A stretch of 62,719 bases of DNA, filler included. It is 4 parts of 4 records of this genome, joined end to end, with 100 filler letters (N's around TTAATTAATTAA, not from the genome) between each part and the next. Parts side by side here need not be neighbours in the genome. Positions count along the whole stretch, not along the records: positions 17,021 to 40,611 come from SRR20825010_4236; 3 more parts are not named here. One strand, written 5' to 3'. Positions 19,298 through 28,230 of the stretch are shown piece after piece. The position numbers and the translations under genes were made by a program. The notes beneath the pieces were generated by a model. That model had not been told where the DNA came from, ran no database searches, and saw only the letters and a list, made by a program, of their open reading frames with translations. Positions within the stretch are counted from its first letter, which is position 1, and the number at the start of each line of letters is the position of its first letter.

Positions 19298-20816
19298 AGA
19301 CTTGGAACAACTGGACTCCAAAGGAATTTCCAAAGAAAAAGTAAATAATCAAATACAAACATTTAAAGAAGGCATCCCATTTGTGCAACTATCGCAAGCA
19401 GCGGTAGTGGGCAATGGAATACTTCGGTTCTCGGAAAAGGAGCAGTTGGATCTGCTTCAATATTTTGAGGATAATAGAAAGGAACTTGAACTATTAAAGT
19501 TTGTTCCAGCCTCCGGAGCGGCATCCCGTATGTTCAAGGCCATGTTCAATTTTTTGGACAGCTATGACCCATCAAAAGAAGAGCTATCCGAATACATAGA
19601 ACGAACAGGAGACCAGGATGCTAAAAAATTTACCGAGAATCTTTCCGACTTTCCCTTTTATGATTTGATCATGTCCAGAATCAAGGGCAAAGCCTCCAAC
19701 AAAGATGAGGAAGCCTATCTTTTTGTAAAGGAAATGTTGATGGAGAGCGGTCTTAATTATGGCTTTTATCCCAAAGGCCTTTTGCCTTTCCATAAATATG
19801 GTACGGAAACGGCAACCCCCTTCGAGGAGCATTTGAAAGAAGCCGCCCTCTATGCCAAGACCAAAGGCACCGCCAGTCTTCATTTTACCGTATCGGAACA
19901 GCATGATGAGATGTTTGCGAAAGAGGAAGCGACCGTGGGGCCAAAAATCTCCAAAAAAACAGATACTTCTTTCAATATTACCTATTCCAACCAAAAACCA
20001 TCCACGGATACCGTTGCAGTGGATATGGACAATAAGCCCTTCAAAAATAGTGATGGTTCCATCTTATTCCGTCCGGGAGGACATGGTGCCCTCATTGAGA
20101 ACCTGAACGACCAGGATGCAGATATTATCTTCATCAAGAATATAGATAATGTGGTCATCGATAAAAACTTGGAGACCGTATCAAACAGTAAAAAAATGTT
20201 GGCGGGTGTCCTTAAAAAAGTGCAGGACAAAGCGTTCGCCTATGCCAGGCTTTTGGACAAAGATGAAGTTTCCATTGAAAAAGCCGACGAGATCAAAGCG
20301 TTTTTGGAGAAAGACCTTAATGTACGTATGCCTAAGAATTATGATGATTTTGGAGTAGAGGAGCAAAAAACGATGTTGAAGGACAGAATCAACCGTCCCA
20401 TACGTATATGTGGCATGGTGAAAAATGAAGGTGAGCCCGGTGGCGGTCCGTTTTGGATAAAAGATGCACAAGGCAACATATCCCTTCAGATAATAGAGTC
20501 CGCCCAAATAGATATGGAGGATAAAGCCCAAGCGGCAATACTACAAAACTCTACACACTTTAACCCGGTAGATTTGGTATGCGGGGTACGTGACTACAAA
20601 GGCCAAAAGTTTGACCTCTTGGATTTTGTGGACACCAAACAAGGTTTTATTACCGGTAAAACCAAAGAGGGAAAGGAACTGAAGGCACTGGAACTTCCGG
20701 GATTATGGAACGGGGCTATGGCTTTCTGGAACACCATTTTTGTTGAGGTACCATTGGTGACCTTTAATCCGGTTAAAACGGTTAATGATCTTTTAAAACC
20801 AACCCACCAGGCATAA
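19278..20816 (+). CDS. DUF4301 family protein (UDP-sugar pyrophosphorylase-like motifs)
   Basis: KFVPASGAASRMFK, RPGGHGAL, FIKNIDN, GEPGGGP, FNPVKTVNDLL. Confidence 0.85.
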   Translation: MIELSPKDLEQLDSKGISKEKVNNQIQTFKEGIPFVQLSQAAVVGNGILRFSEKEQLDLLQYFEDNRKELELLKFVPASGAASRMFKAMFNFLDSYDPSKEELSEYIERTGDQDAKKFTENLSDFPFYDLIMSRIKGKASNKDEEAYLFVKEMLMESGLNYGFYPKGLLPFHKYGTETATPFEEHLKEAALYAKTKGTASLHFTVSEQHDEMFAKEEATVGPKISKKTDTSFNITYSNQKPSTDTVAVDMDNKPFKNSDGSILFRPGGHGALIENLNDQDADIIFIKNIDNVVIDKNLETVSNSKKMLAGVLKKVQDKAFAYARLLDKDEVSIEKADEIKAFLEKDLNVRMPKNYDDFGVEEQKTMLKDRINRPIRICGMVKNEGEPGGGPFWIKDAQGNISLQIIESAQIDMEDKAQAAILQNSTHFNPVDLVCGVRDYKGQKFDLLDFVDTKQGFITGKTKEGKELKALELPGLWNGAMAFWNTIFVEVPLVTFNPVKTVNDLLKPTHQA

Positions 20817-20838
20817 CTATTTAAAAAACAATTGACTA

Positions 20839-20870
20839 AGCCCGTTGCTGAAAAAGTAGCGGGTTTTTTT
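20839..20870 (+). terminator. Intrinsic terminator
   Basis: AGCCCGTTGCT/AGTAGCGGGTT hairpin plus T-tract. Confidence 0.8.
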
Positions 20871-21002
20871 GTGTTCAAATGTGACTTGGTTTTAAAAAAT
20901 GTGTCTAAAAAAACATAACCGGAATCATTTCCGGTGACATGATTAAATTTTTTGATAATCCTTGCGGGGTTGTCTTAACTAGGTTGGTTGATTTGGTAAG
21001 AT

Positions 21003-21030
21003 AGCCGTGCTTTATGTACGGCTTTCTTTT
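21003..21030 (+). terminator. Terminator-like hairpin with no ORF directly upstream
   Basis: AGCCGTGC-TTTAT-GTACGGCT followed by TTCTTTT. Confidence 0.6.
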
Positions 21031-21064
21031 CAATAATGTTCAAAAAAGATAGACAACGGCATAT

Positions 21065-21190
21065 ATGTTTTACAAAATAATATTGTTTTTAAACGTGGTA
21101 TCGTTGGGCTTGGCTCTCTATATATTGATATCCTACCTAAGGAACAGAAACAAGCATAAACATATCAAAAACCAGGATGATGCTATATAA
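21065..21190 (+). CDS. Putative 41-aa single-TM small protein
   Basis: MFYKIILFLNVVSLGLALYILISYLRNRNKHKHIKNQDDAI; below the ORF-track cutoff. Confidence 0.5.
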   Translation: MFYKIILFLNVVSLGLALYILISYLRNRNKHKHIKNQDDAI

Positions 21191-21267
21191 ACACTAGCCA
21201 TGTATTATCCATTTCTGCCAATCTGTACCATGGTCTTTTTTCCTTGTGACCATTTATTGGCAAATAC

Positions 21268-21295
21268 GAAAGGCTGCCCAGGCGGCCTTTCTTGT
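21268..21295 (+). terminator. Hairpin, probable terminator after the small ORF
   Basis: GAAAGGCTGCC/GGCGGCCTTTC stem. Confidence 0.55.
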
Positions 21296-21340
21296 ATAAT
21301 TTTTACACACTTTGTTTACGGTATTACACAGTTTTACACA
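21293..21340. promoter_or_regulatory. Candidate enhancer (bEBP binding) sites
   Basis: TGTA-N7-TACA palindrome and three TTACACA copies (21303, 21324, 21334). Confidence 0.45.
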
Positions 21341-21415
21341 ACTATTAAAATTGGCATCAAAATATAAAATGCTAAAAATCAATAAATTAACTTGAATTTT
21401 AAAAATTTTCTGGTG

Positions 21416-21432
21416 TTGGCACTAAGTTTTCA
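21416..21432 (+). promoter_or_regulatory. Candidate sigma54 -24/-12 promoter
   Basis: TTGGCAC-TAAGT-TTTCA: perfect -24, imperfect -12; next to a sigma54 activator gene. Confidence 0.55.
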
Positions 21433-21468
21433 GTTAGATAAGCAAGTTTAACAATAAAATTAAATACC

Positions 21469-21771
21469 ATGAAAAATTTAGCTTTAGCAACAGTACTATC
21501 ATTTGTAGGAATCACAGCATTTGCAAATGTTGAAACTCCAGAACTAGAAAATAACAGTGCAATCGAGATTGTAGTAGGAGATTTTGAAGAAATCAGCGTG
21601 TCTGACCTTCCTTCTGCTGTATCTAGCGCAGTAGAGTCCAACTACCCTACCGCTAAAATCGATAAAGCATACAAAAACGATAAGGACCAATATAAATTGG
21701 AACTTACCCTTGAAGACGGTACATCAGGAACTGTATATGCCGATGCTGAGGGGAACTGGATTGACATGTAA
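21469..21771 (+). CDS. Small secreted acidic protein (PepSY/BLIP-like repeat)
   Basis: Signal peptide; LP.AV......YP.A.I.KA...Y....G.W pattern. Confidence 0.8.
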   Translation: MKNLALATVLSFVGITAFANVETPELENNSAIEIVVGDFEEISVSDLPSAVSSAVESNYPTAKIDKAYKNDKDQYKLELTLEDGTSGTVYADAEGNWIDM

Positions 21772-21809
21772 TTAGATATATCACCCCACAATAGTTAGTT
21801 TGGTTGATG

Positions 21810-21840
21810 AAGGGCTGCAGTAATATGCAGCCCTTTTTTT
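21810..21840 (+). terminator. Intrinsic terminator
   Basis: AAGGGCTGCA/TGCAGCCCTT plus T-tract. Confidence 0.88.
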
Positions 21841-21906
21841 GTGATAATTTTATAAGAAAGCAATCATCTTTAAAAAGATATGGGACGTATATTAGGTAAC
21901 TGAATT

Positions 21907-23253
21907 ATGCCCAAAATCCTGATCATTGAAGACGATACTGCCTTCTGTCAAATGCTTCAAAAGTTTTTGACCAAGAACGGCTTTGATGTATCCATAGGTT
22001 TCTCCATAAAAGAAGCAGAGGAACATCTCGCATCATCTACTTTCGATTTAATATTGTCCGATGTAAGATTGCCCAAAGGAAACGGGGTTACTTTGCTCGC
22101 ACAGGTCAAACGCGATTCTCCAAAAACACAGGTCATTCTAATGACAGGCTATGCAGAGGTGAAAACCGCGGTAAACGCCATCAAAGAAGGTGCTTTCGAC
22201 TATATTTCCAAACCTTTTACACCGGAGGCAATACTTGGAGTGATAAAGGAAGCATTGAAAACAGAGGTCACTGAGACACAAATAGCTGTCAAATCCTCTA
22301 AAAAGGAACCAATAGAGGAAAAGAAGCCCGTTGGCTTTTTAAAAGGACAGGGAGAAAAATCCAAAAAACTTCAACAATATGTAGAGTTGGTCGCCCCCAC
22401 AAATATGTCTGTTTTGCTTACCGGGGAAAGCGGTACAGGAAAAGAGGTGACAGCAAACTCTATTCACTTGGCAAGTAAGAGGAGCAATAAACCTTTTGTG
22501 GCCGTGGATTGTGGGGCCATACCAAAAGAAATAGCCACAAGTGAGTTTTTTGGTCATGTTAAAGGTAGTTTTACAGGAGCTATAGATGATAAAAAAGGTC
22601 ATTTTGAAGCTGCAAATGGAGGTACGCTCTTTTTGGACGAGGTAGGGAATCTTTCATACGAACACCAAGTACAATTGCTCAGGGCCATTCAAGAACGTAA
22701 GATAAAACGTGTGGGGAGCACCCAAGAAATCCAAGTGGATATTCGAATCATAGCCGCCACAAACGAAAACCTTCTTGAAGCAGTCGAAGAAGGCGATTTT
22801 AGGGAAGATTTGTACCACCGACTCAATGAATTTTCCATAGAAGTACCATCGTTAAGGGACAGGCGGGAAGATATTCTCCTGTTTGCCGATTATTTTTTGG
22901 CCAAGGCCAATACCGAATTGGACAAAAATGTGCTTGAATTTTCCGAGGAAACCAAAAATATTCTACAGAAGTACGATTGGCCCGGGAATTTAAGAGAAAT
23001 GAAAAATGTGATCAAAAGGGCAGTTCTTTTCTCCCCAACGGAAACCATGTTTCCCAATGCATTGGCAGACGAGGTGGTCGATGGTGCCAATAAAGAGCAT
23101 GAAGTCAATTTCTCTAAATCCGATTTTGAAAAAGAAAGGATTTTGAGTGCATTAAAGCAAACCAACTTTAACAAGAGCAAGGCAGCAAAACTCTTGCAGG
23201 TTACCCGAAAGACACTTTACAACAAAATCAATCAATATCAATTGGATGTTTAG
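21907..23253 (+). CDS. Sigma54-dependent response regulator (NtrC family: REC-AAA-Fis HTH)
   Basis: REC domain, GESGTGKE, GSFTGA, LFLDE, WPGNLRE, C-terminal HTH. Confidence 0.95.
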   Translation: MPKILIIEDDTAFCQMLQKFLTKNGFDVSIGFSIKEAEEHLASSTFDLILSDVRLPKGNGVTLLAQVKRDSPKTQVILMTGYAEVKTAVNAIKEGAFDYISKPFTPEAILGVIKEALKTEVTETQIAVKSSKKEPIEEKKPVGFLKGQGEKSKKLQQYVELVAPTNMSVLLTGESGTGKEVTANSIHLASKRSNKPFVAVDCGAIPKEIATSEFFGHVKGSFTGAIDDKKGHFEAANGGTLFLDEVGNLSYEHQVQLLRAIQERKIKRVGSTQEIQVDIRIIAATNENLLEAVEEGDFREDLYHRLNEFSIEVPSLRDRREDILLFADYFLAKANTELDKNVLEFSEETKNILQKYDWPGNLREMKNVIKRAVLFSPTETMFPNALADEVVDGANKEHEVNFSKSDFEKERILSALKQTNFNKSKAAKLLQVTRKTLYNKINQYQLDV

Positions 23254-25666
23254 CCAGATATGCTTGGATTTCAACATCAAGATTGTTCAGGACTGTTTGA
23301 AGTTCTGTTAAAATTTCAAATACCTTTTCTCCTGTTGCATCACCGGAAAGATGTTCCAAAACCTCTAATAATTGGATGGCATCATGTACTTCCAATTGCC
23401 TGAACATGGGTAGCATTTTGTGGGATATGGCCTTAATATCGGTATAATCCTGATTGCCGATAGCGGAAAACATAAGCTCCATATTTTTGAGGGAATTATC
23501 CAAAAAGACCTGCAAAACTTCTTTGACCGACTCAAAACTATCCAGAAATGCGGAAATATTTCGAATAGTAAACAAGGAAGAAGCTGTGTCCTTGATTTCA
23601 CTTTTGGAACTCATATTATTGACGAACGACAAAGCTTTTAATAGGTCTGTTGCAGAGAAAGGTTTTTGCAGAACATCGGCAAAACCTGCTTCCAAATATT
23701 CGGATTTATTTCCAATCTGTTGACCGGTCATGGCTATCACAGGCTTTGAATAACCTGTATTATTGACTTTTTCCAACACGGAATAACCATCGATAGAAGG
23801 CATTTGAATATCCGTGATAACCGCATCGAACTGATGGATTTCGGAAATGTGAAAATCATCAAAATTTGTAAAAGTTGCGGTTTTTACCTGGTTGAGTTTG
23901 CAGACTTCTGATATAAGGCTCAACATATTTTCGTCATCATCGATTACCAAAATGGATAATTCATCAGGCTTTACAATTGGAGTTTCGGAATTGTCCTCTT
24001 TGATTTCGATATTGGAAAACTCAACTGGAATCTCAACTGTAAAAGTACTCCCCTTGTTTACTTCGCTGTTCAAGCTTAAAGTACCATCCAATAATTCGGT
24101 AAGTTTTTTGGAAATGGTCAGGCCAAGGCCATACCCAATTTGTTTTTTTTCTGTGGATTCCCCTGCTTGGATAAACTCTTGGAAAATGGCTTCTTGTTTT
24201 TCGGCAGGTATTCCAATTCCTGTATCCTCAACCTCGATTTTCGCCCATTTAGATTTATTTTTTTCAACTACCGTGGCGGAGACCTTTACATTCCCTTCAT
24301 CGGTAAATTTAAAGGCGTTGCCAATCAGGTTGGATAATATTTGTCGTATTCTAAATGGATCGTTTATAATGGGTGTTTTTAAATCTTCGGCGATTTCCAA
24401 TTGCAAGGACACTCCTTTTTTGGATTGCATCTCCTTAAAATCTGTTGCCGTGTCCTCTATTAACTGTGACAGCAAAAAAGGAACTTTGTCCAATTTAATT
24501 TTTCCGGCCTCTAATTTTGAAAAGTCCAAAAGGTCGTTCACCAGTTTTTCTACATAATCGGAAGAAGATTGAATCTTTTTTAAGTAATTCGACTGTTCAG
24601 AATTTAATCCGCTTTGCCCTATCAAATCGGAATAACCACTAATGGTATTTAAAGGGGTACGCAGGTCGTGGCTTACGGTTGATATGAGCTGCTCCCTACT
24701 TTTTAAAAGCGATTCCGAATATTTTTTAGCCCTTTCGAGACGTTCCCGATATTCTTGGACTTTCCAATAATCTTTGGAAATCATAAAAGTGAATACAATT
24801 ACGATAATCAACCCTAAGATTACCGCTCCACCGGCCAAACGTGTGCTTTTTTTTAGTGCTTCTTCCTGCTGAAGAGCATCTAGATATGTGTTCTGGGCCA
24901 TTTCTCGTTCAAAATCCGATAAAATCCCCCTCATTTTTTGGGAAAGTTCAAGGTCTGTGCGATAAATTTCGAGCTCCTTTTGAAGCACTGTCCTCTCGGC
25001 GGAGGCAGTTTCGGCGATGGCTTTGTTTATGATGGATTTGGAAACCTCTAAAATGGAATCGATATTGTTGGCGTCCGCACCCCCATCTGAGTTCGGGATA
25101 TTCTTATTAAGAATGGCCACAGATTTTCGTATGGACTCTTTTGCTTCTGGGGACAATTTGTCAAAATTAGGAGCAAAGGTTTCCGGAGTAATTCTTCCCA
25201 TTCCCACTTCCATATCATGAAAAGCCTTTAATACTGAATCCAATGAAGTATTGTTTTCGTTCCGTACCTTAAGTTTTCGCAATTCAGCATTGTTGAACAC
25301 CTTTTGGCTCAGTAATTCTTGAACACTGTCCAATTCAGAACTTAGGGAACTGTAATCTGATCTTACCAACGGTTTTAAAGAATCGATGAAGGCCGTAATA
25401 GAATCCACTTTTTGCGCATAGGATTTTAGATCCTCTGGTTTTTTGGTCTGGAGGGCCAATTTGGATAAGTTTTCGGCATCGTAGAGTTGTGTGAGTAATC
25501 TATTGGTCTTCAAGAGCTTTTCATTACTGTCGTCCTGGTTTTTGGATGAGGCATAGCTTTTGAATTCATTATAGATGAAAAATGCAGCGAGGGATGCAAG
25601 AATACCCAGCGTAACATAGCTCATTACAATTTTTAGGGTAAACCTTTTTTTTGATTTTGGGTGCAT
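23228..25666 (-). CDS. Hybrid sensor histidine kinase (HisKA-HATPase-REC-HPt-like)
   Basis: 2 TM helices, SHDLRTPL, NL.GNA.KFT, DTGIG, GLGL, DIQMP, SHKM. Confidence 0.93.
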   Translation of the reverse strand: MHPKSKKRFTLKIVMSYVTLGILASLAAFFIYNEFKSYASSKNQDDSNEKLLKTNRLLTQLYDAENLSKLALQTKKPEDLKSYAQKVDSITAFIDSLKPLVRSDYSSLSSELDSVQELLSQKVFNNAELRKLKVRNENNTSLDSVLKAFHDMEVGMGRITPETFAPNFDKLSPEAKESIRKSVAILNKNIPNSDGGADANNIDSILEVSKSIINKAIAETASAERTVLQKELEIYRTDLELSQKMRGILSDFEREMAQNTYLDALQQEEALKKSTRLAGGAVILGLIIVIVFTFMISKDYWKVQEYRERLERAKKYSESLLKSREQLISTVSHDLRTPLNTISGYSDLIGQSGLNSEQSNYLKKIQSSSDYVEKLVNDLLDFSKLEAGKIKLDKVPFLLSQLIEDTATDFKEMQSKKGVSLQLEIAEDLKTPIINDPFRIRQILSNLIGNAFKFTDEGNVKVSATVVEKNKSKWAKIEVEDTGIGIPAEKQEAIFQEFIQAGESTEKKQIGYGLGLTISKKLTELLDGTLSLNSEVNKGSTFTVEIPVEFSNIEIKEDNSETPIVKPDELSILVIDDDENMLSLISEVCKLNQVKTATFTNFDDFHISEIHQFDAVITDIQMPSIDGYSVLEKVNNTGYSKPVIAMTGQQIGNKSEYLEAGFADVLQKPFSATDLLKALSFVNNMSSKSEIKDTASSLFTIRNISAFLDSFESVKEVLQVFLDNSLKNMELMFSAIGNQDYTDIKAISHKMLPMFRQLEVHDAIQLLEVLEHLSGDATGEKVFEILTELQTVLNNLDVEIQAYLAKHPIDID

Positions 25667-25756
25667 ACTCTTATATACGCTTGCACTTGGGGTGCATGGT
25701 TGTTAGTAAAAGTTAAATTTTTAAGATGTTTTTTATGAAAATCAATACGGGCATCT

Positions 25757-25764
25757 TACATTTG
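25757..25764 (+). promoter_or_regulatory. Bacteroidota -7 promoter element for the TPP-riboswitch transcript
   Basis: TACATTTG immediately before the aptamer. Confidence 0.65.
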
Positions 25765-25766
25765 CG

Positions 25767-25846
25767 GCATCTCAAAGGGGTGCTTTTAACAAAAGGCTGA
25801 GATTATACCCAATGAACCTGGGCGGGTAATGCTGCCAAGGGAATGC
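25767..25846 (+). ncRNA. TPP riboswitch aptamer
   Basis: GGGGTGC...GCTGAGATTATACCC...GAACCTG...GGTAATGC...AGGGA; upstream of a TonB receptor. Confidence 0.93.
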
Positions 25847-25942
25847 GCTGGCCGCATCTTGGAATTTCTATGTTTCTTTTAGAAACAAAAATCAATTTTT
25901 AACAAAGAATAATGACCCCTTTTATTCGTAACATTTTTACGA

Positions 25943-28192
25943 ATGAAACTCTATTCAATTATTCAAAAAAGAGCCTTTGCTGACTCGTTGCGACCGTCGA
26001 AAAAAACTAAAGGACATCGCACCAAAATGCTATTTGCAAGTACGGCCCTGTTTGGCCTGGCACTTTCCGTAAGTGCGCAAGAAGAACCTATTGACAGCCT
26101 TGAGGGAACAAAAGTCGTTCTGGATGAAGTTCTAGTACAATCCATAAGGATTACCAAGGATTTCCCCATTACATTTTCCGATTTGGACAAGGTGGAACTG
26201 GCCCCCCGAAACCTCGGTCAGGACATCCCCATTCTCATGAACTTTATGCCGGCCGTGGTGACCACATCCGATGCCGGGGCGGGTATCGGTTACACCAGTA
26301 TGAGGGTTCGTGGTAGCGATGCTACAAGAATCAACCTAACTATAAACGGTATTCCATACAACGATGCGGAATCACATGGTAGTTTTTGGGTGAATATGCC
26401 TGATTTTGCTTCTTCAACACAAAGTTTGCAGTTGCAGAGAGGGGTTGGAACATCTACCAATGGTTCCGGTGCCTTTGGGGCAAGTTTGAATGTGCTTACC
26501 GATGCCTTTTCAGAGGAGGCCTATGCCAAGATCTCATCTTCGGTGGGAAGTTTCAGTACCCTGCGCAGCAACGTTAAGTTTAGCACGGGATTGATGAACG
26601 ACCATTTTGAATTTTCTGGACGTTTATCACGGGTAAATTCAGATGGTTACGTGGACCGGGCATCTTCCGAATTGGATGGTTATTTTCTACAAGGAACCTA
26701 TAAAGATGACAATACCTTGGTAAAAGCGTTGCTTTTTGGAGGACACGAAATTACCTATCAGGCATGGAATGGAATAACCGTAGATCAGCTGGAAGATAAC
26801 CGTACCTACAACTCGGCCGGGGAATATACCGATGATAACGGAAATACTCAATACTATGAAAATGAGGTCGACAATTATAAGCAAGACCATTTTCAATTGC
26901 ACTGGTACGAGACCTGGAACTCCGCATGGAACACGCATTTGGCCGTTCACTATACAAGAGGCCGGGGCTTTTTTGAGCAATATAGGGAAGAAGACGATTT
27001 TGTTACCTATGGTCTGGAACCTTTCACAGTAAATGGAGAATTGGTTGAAACTACCGATTTGATTCGCCGACGTTGGTTGGACAATGATTTTTACGGAACC
27101 GTGTTTTCTGCTACCTACAACAGCGAAAACCTTGAACTTATTATGGGCGGAGGTTATAATGAATACAAAGGAGATCACTTTGGCGAAATCATATGGGCAG
27201 AATATGCACGCAATAGTGAAATTCGTGATAGGTATTATGACGATAATTCCACCAAAACGGATTTAAACTTCTACACAAAGGCCAATTATCAGCTTACGGA
27301 CCAGTGGTCCTTGTTCGGAGATGTGCAATATCGTGGTGTTGGTTATCAGGCCAATGGCGAAGATACAGGCCTAGTGGACGATACGTTCAATTTTTTCAAT
27401 CCAAAGGCAGGTGTCACTTTCGATTTGAACCGGAACAATAACTTCTATTTTTCGTATGCGCGAGCCAACAGGGAACCCAACCGCAACGATTACGAAAACG
27501 GAAGCCCAAAACCTGAAAAACTCAACGATTTTGAGCTGGGCTGGAGATACGTTTCTCCAAGTTTTCAGTTGAACACCAACGTATACTACATGCGCTATAA
27601 AGATCAGTTGGTTTTAACGGGAGGTTTGAGCGATGTAGGGGCCCCGTTAAGGTCCAACGTTGGTGACAGTTATCGTTTAGGATTGGAAATCGATGCCAAT
27701 GTTAACCTGTCCAGTACATTTAAATGGAGACCGAACATTGCTTTGAGCGATAACAGGAACCTTGATTATTTCTTTGAGCGGGATGGAGAGCTTCAAGATT
27801 TGGGAAATACAAATATTGCCTTCTCCCCAAAATTGATTGCGGGCAACATTATCACCTACCAACCCAACAACAACTTTCAAGTTTCGTTGCTTTCAAAATT
27901 TGTGGGCAAACAATACATGGGCAATATTGATTCTGAAACCTCTGTTTTGGATAGCTATACCCAAACGGATTTCAATATTCAGTACACCATCAACATGAAC
28001 TCTTTTATAAAGAGTATTGAACTTTCCGGTTTGGTGAACAATATTTTTGATGCCGATATTGTCTCCAACGGATATTTCTACACGTTTGATGATGACTATT
28101 CCAATCCTGGAACCATTACCACAATTGAAGGTGCCGGTTACTACCCACAAGCAGGAATCAATTTTCTTGTAGGAGCGACCATCAACTTTTAA
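25943..28192 (+). CDS. TonB-dependent receptor, probably thiamine uptake
   Basis: LDEV TonB-box-like segment, plug (RVRG, NGIP.ND, QRG), beta-barrel with terminal Phe; TPP riboswitch upstream. Confidence 0.9.
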   Translation: MKLYSIIQKRAFADSLRPSKKTKGHRTKMLFASTALFGLALSVSAQEEPIDSLEGTKVVLDEVLVQSIRITKDFPITFSDLDKVELAPRNLGQDIPILMNFMPAVVTTSDAGAGIGYTSMRVRGSDATRINLTINGIPYNDAESHGSFWVNMPDFASSTQSLQLQRGVGTSTNGSGAFGASLNVLTDAFSEEAYAKISSSVGSFSTLRSNVKFSTGLMNDHFEFSGRLSRVNSDGYVDRASSELDGYFLQGTYKDDNTLVKALLFGGHEITYQAWNGITVDQLEDNRTYNSAGEYTDDNGNTQYYENEVDNYKQDHFQLHWYETWNSAWNTHLAVHYTRGRGFFEQYREEDDFVTYGLEPFTVNGELVETTDLIRRRWLDNDFYGTVFSATYNSENLELIMGGGYNEYKGDHFGEIIWAEYARNSEIRDRYYDDNSTKTDLNFYTKANYQLTDQWSLFGDVQYRGVGYQANGEDTGLVDDTFNFFNPKAGVTFDLNRNNNFYFSYARANREPNRNDYENGSPKPEKLNDFELGWRYVSPSFQLNTNVYYMRYKDQLVLTGGLSDVGAPLRSNVGDSYRLGLEIDANVNLSSTFKWRPNIALSDNRNLDYFFERDGELQDLGNTNIAFSPKLIAGNIITYQPNNNFQVSLLSKFVGKQYMGNIDSETSVLDSYTQTDFNIQYTINMNSFIKSIELSGLVNNIFDADIVSNGYFYTFDDDYSNPGTITTIEGAGYYPQAGINFLVGATINF

Positions 28193-28230
28193 GATGTAAA
28201 AAAGAACGGGATTCTGTAAATTTATCCATA

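Noticed and set aside
21200-21367. ~55-codon ORF starting MYYPFLPIC
   Set aside because: Runs through a terminator hairpin and the putative enhancer sites; composition not protein-like
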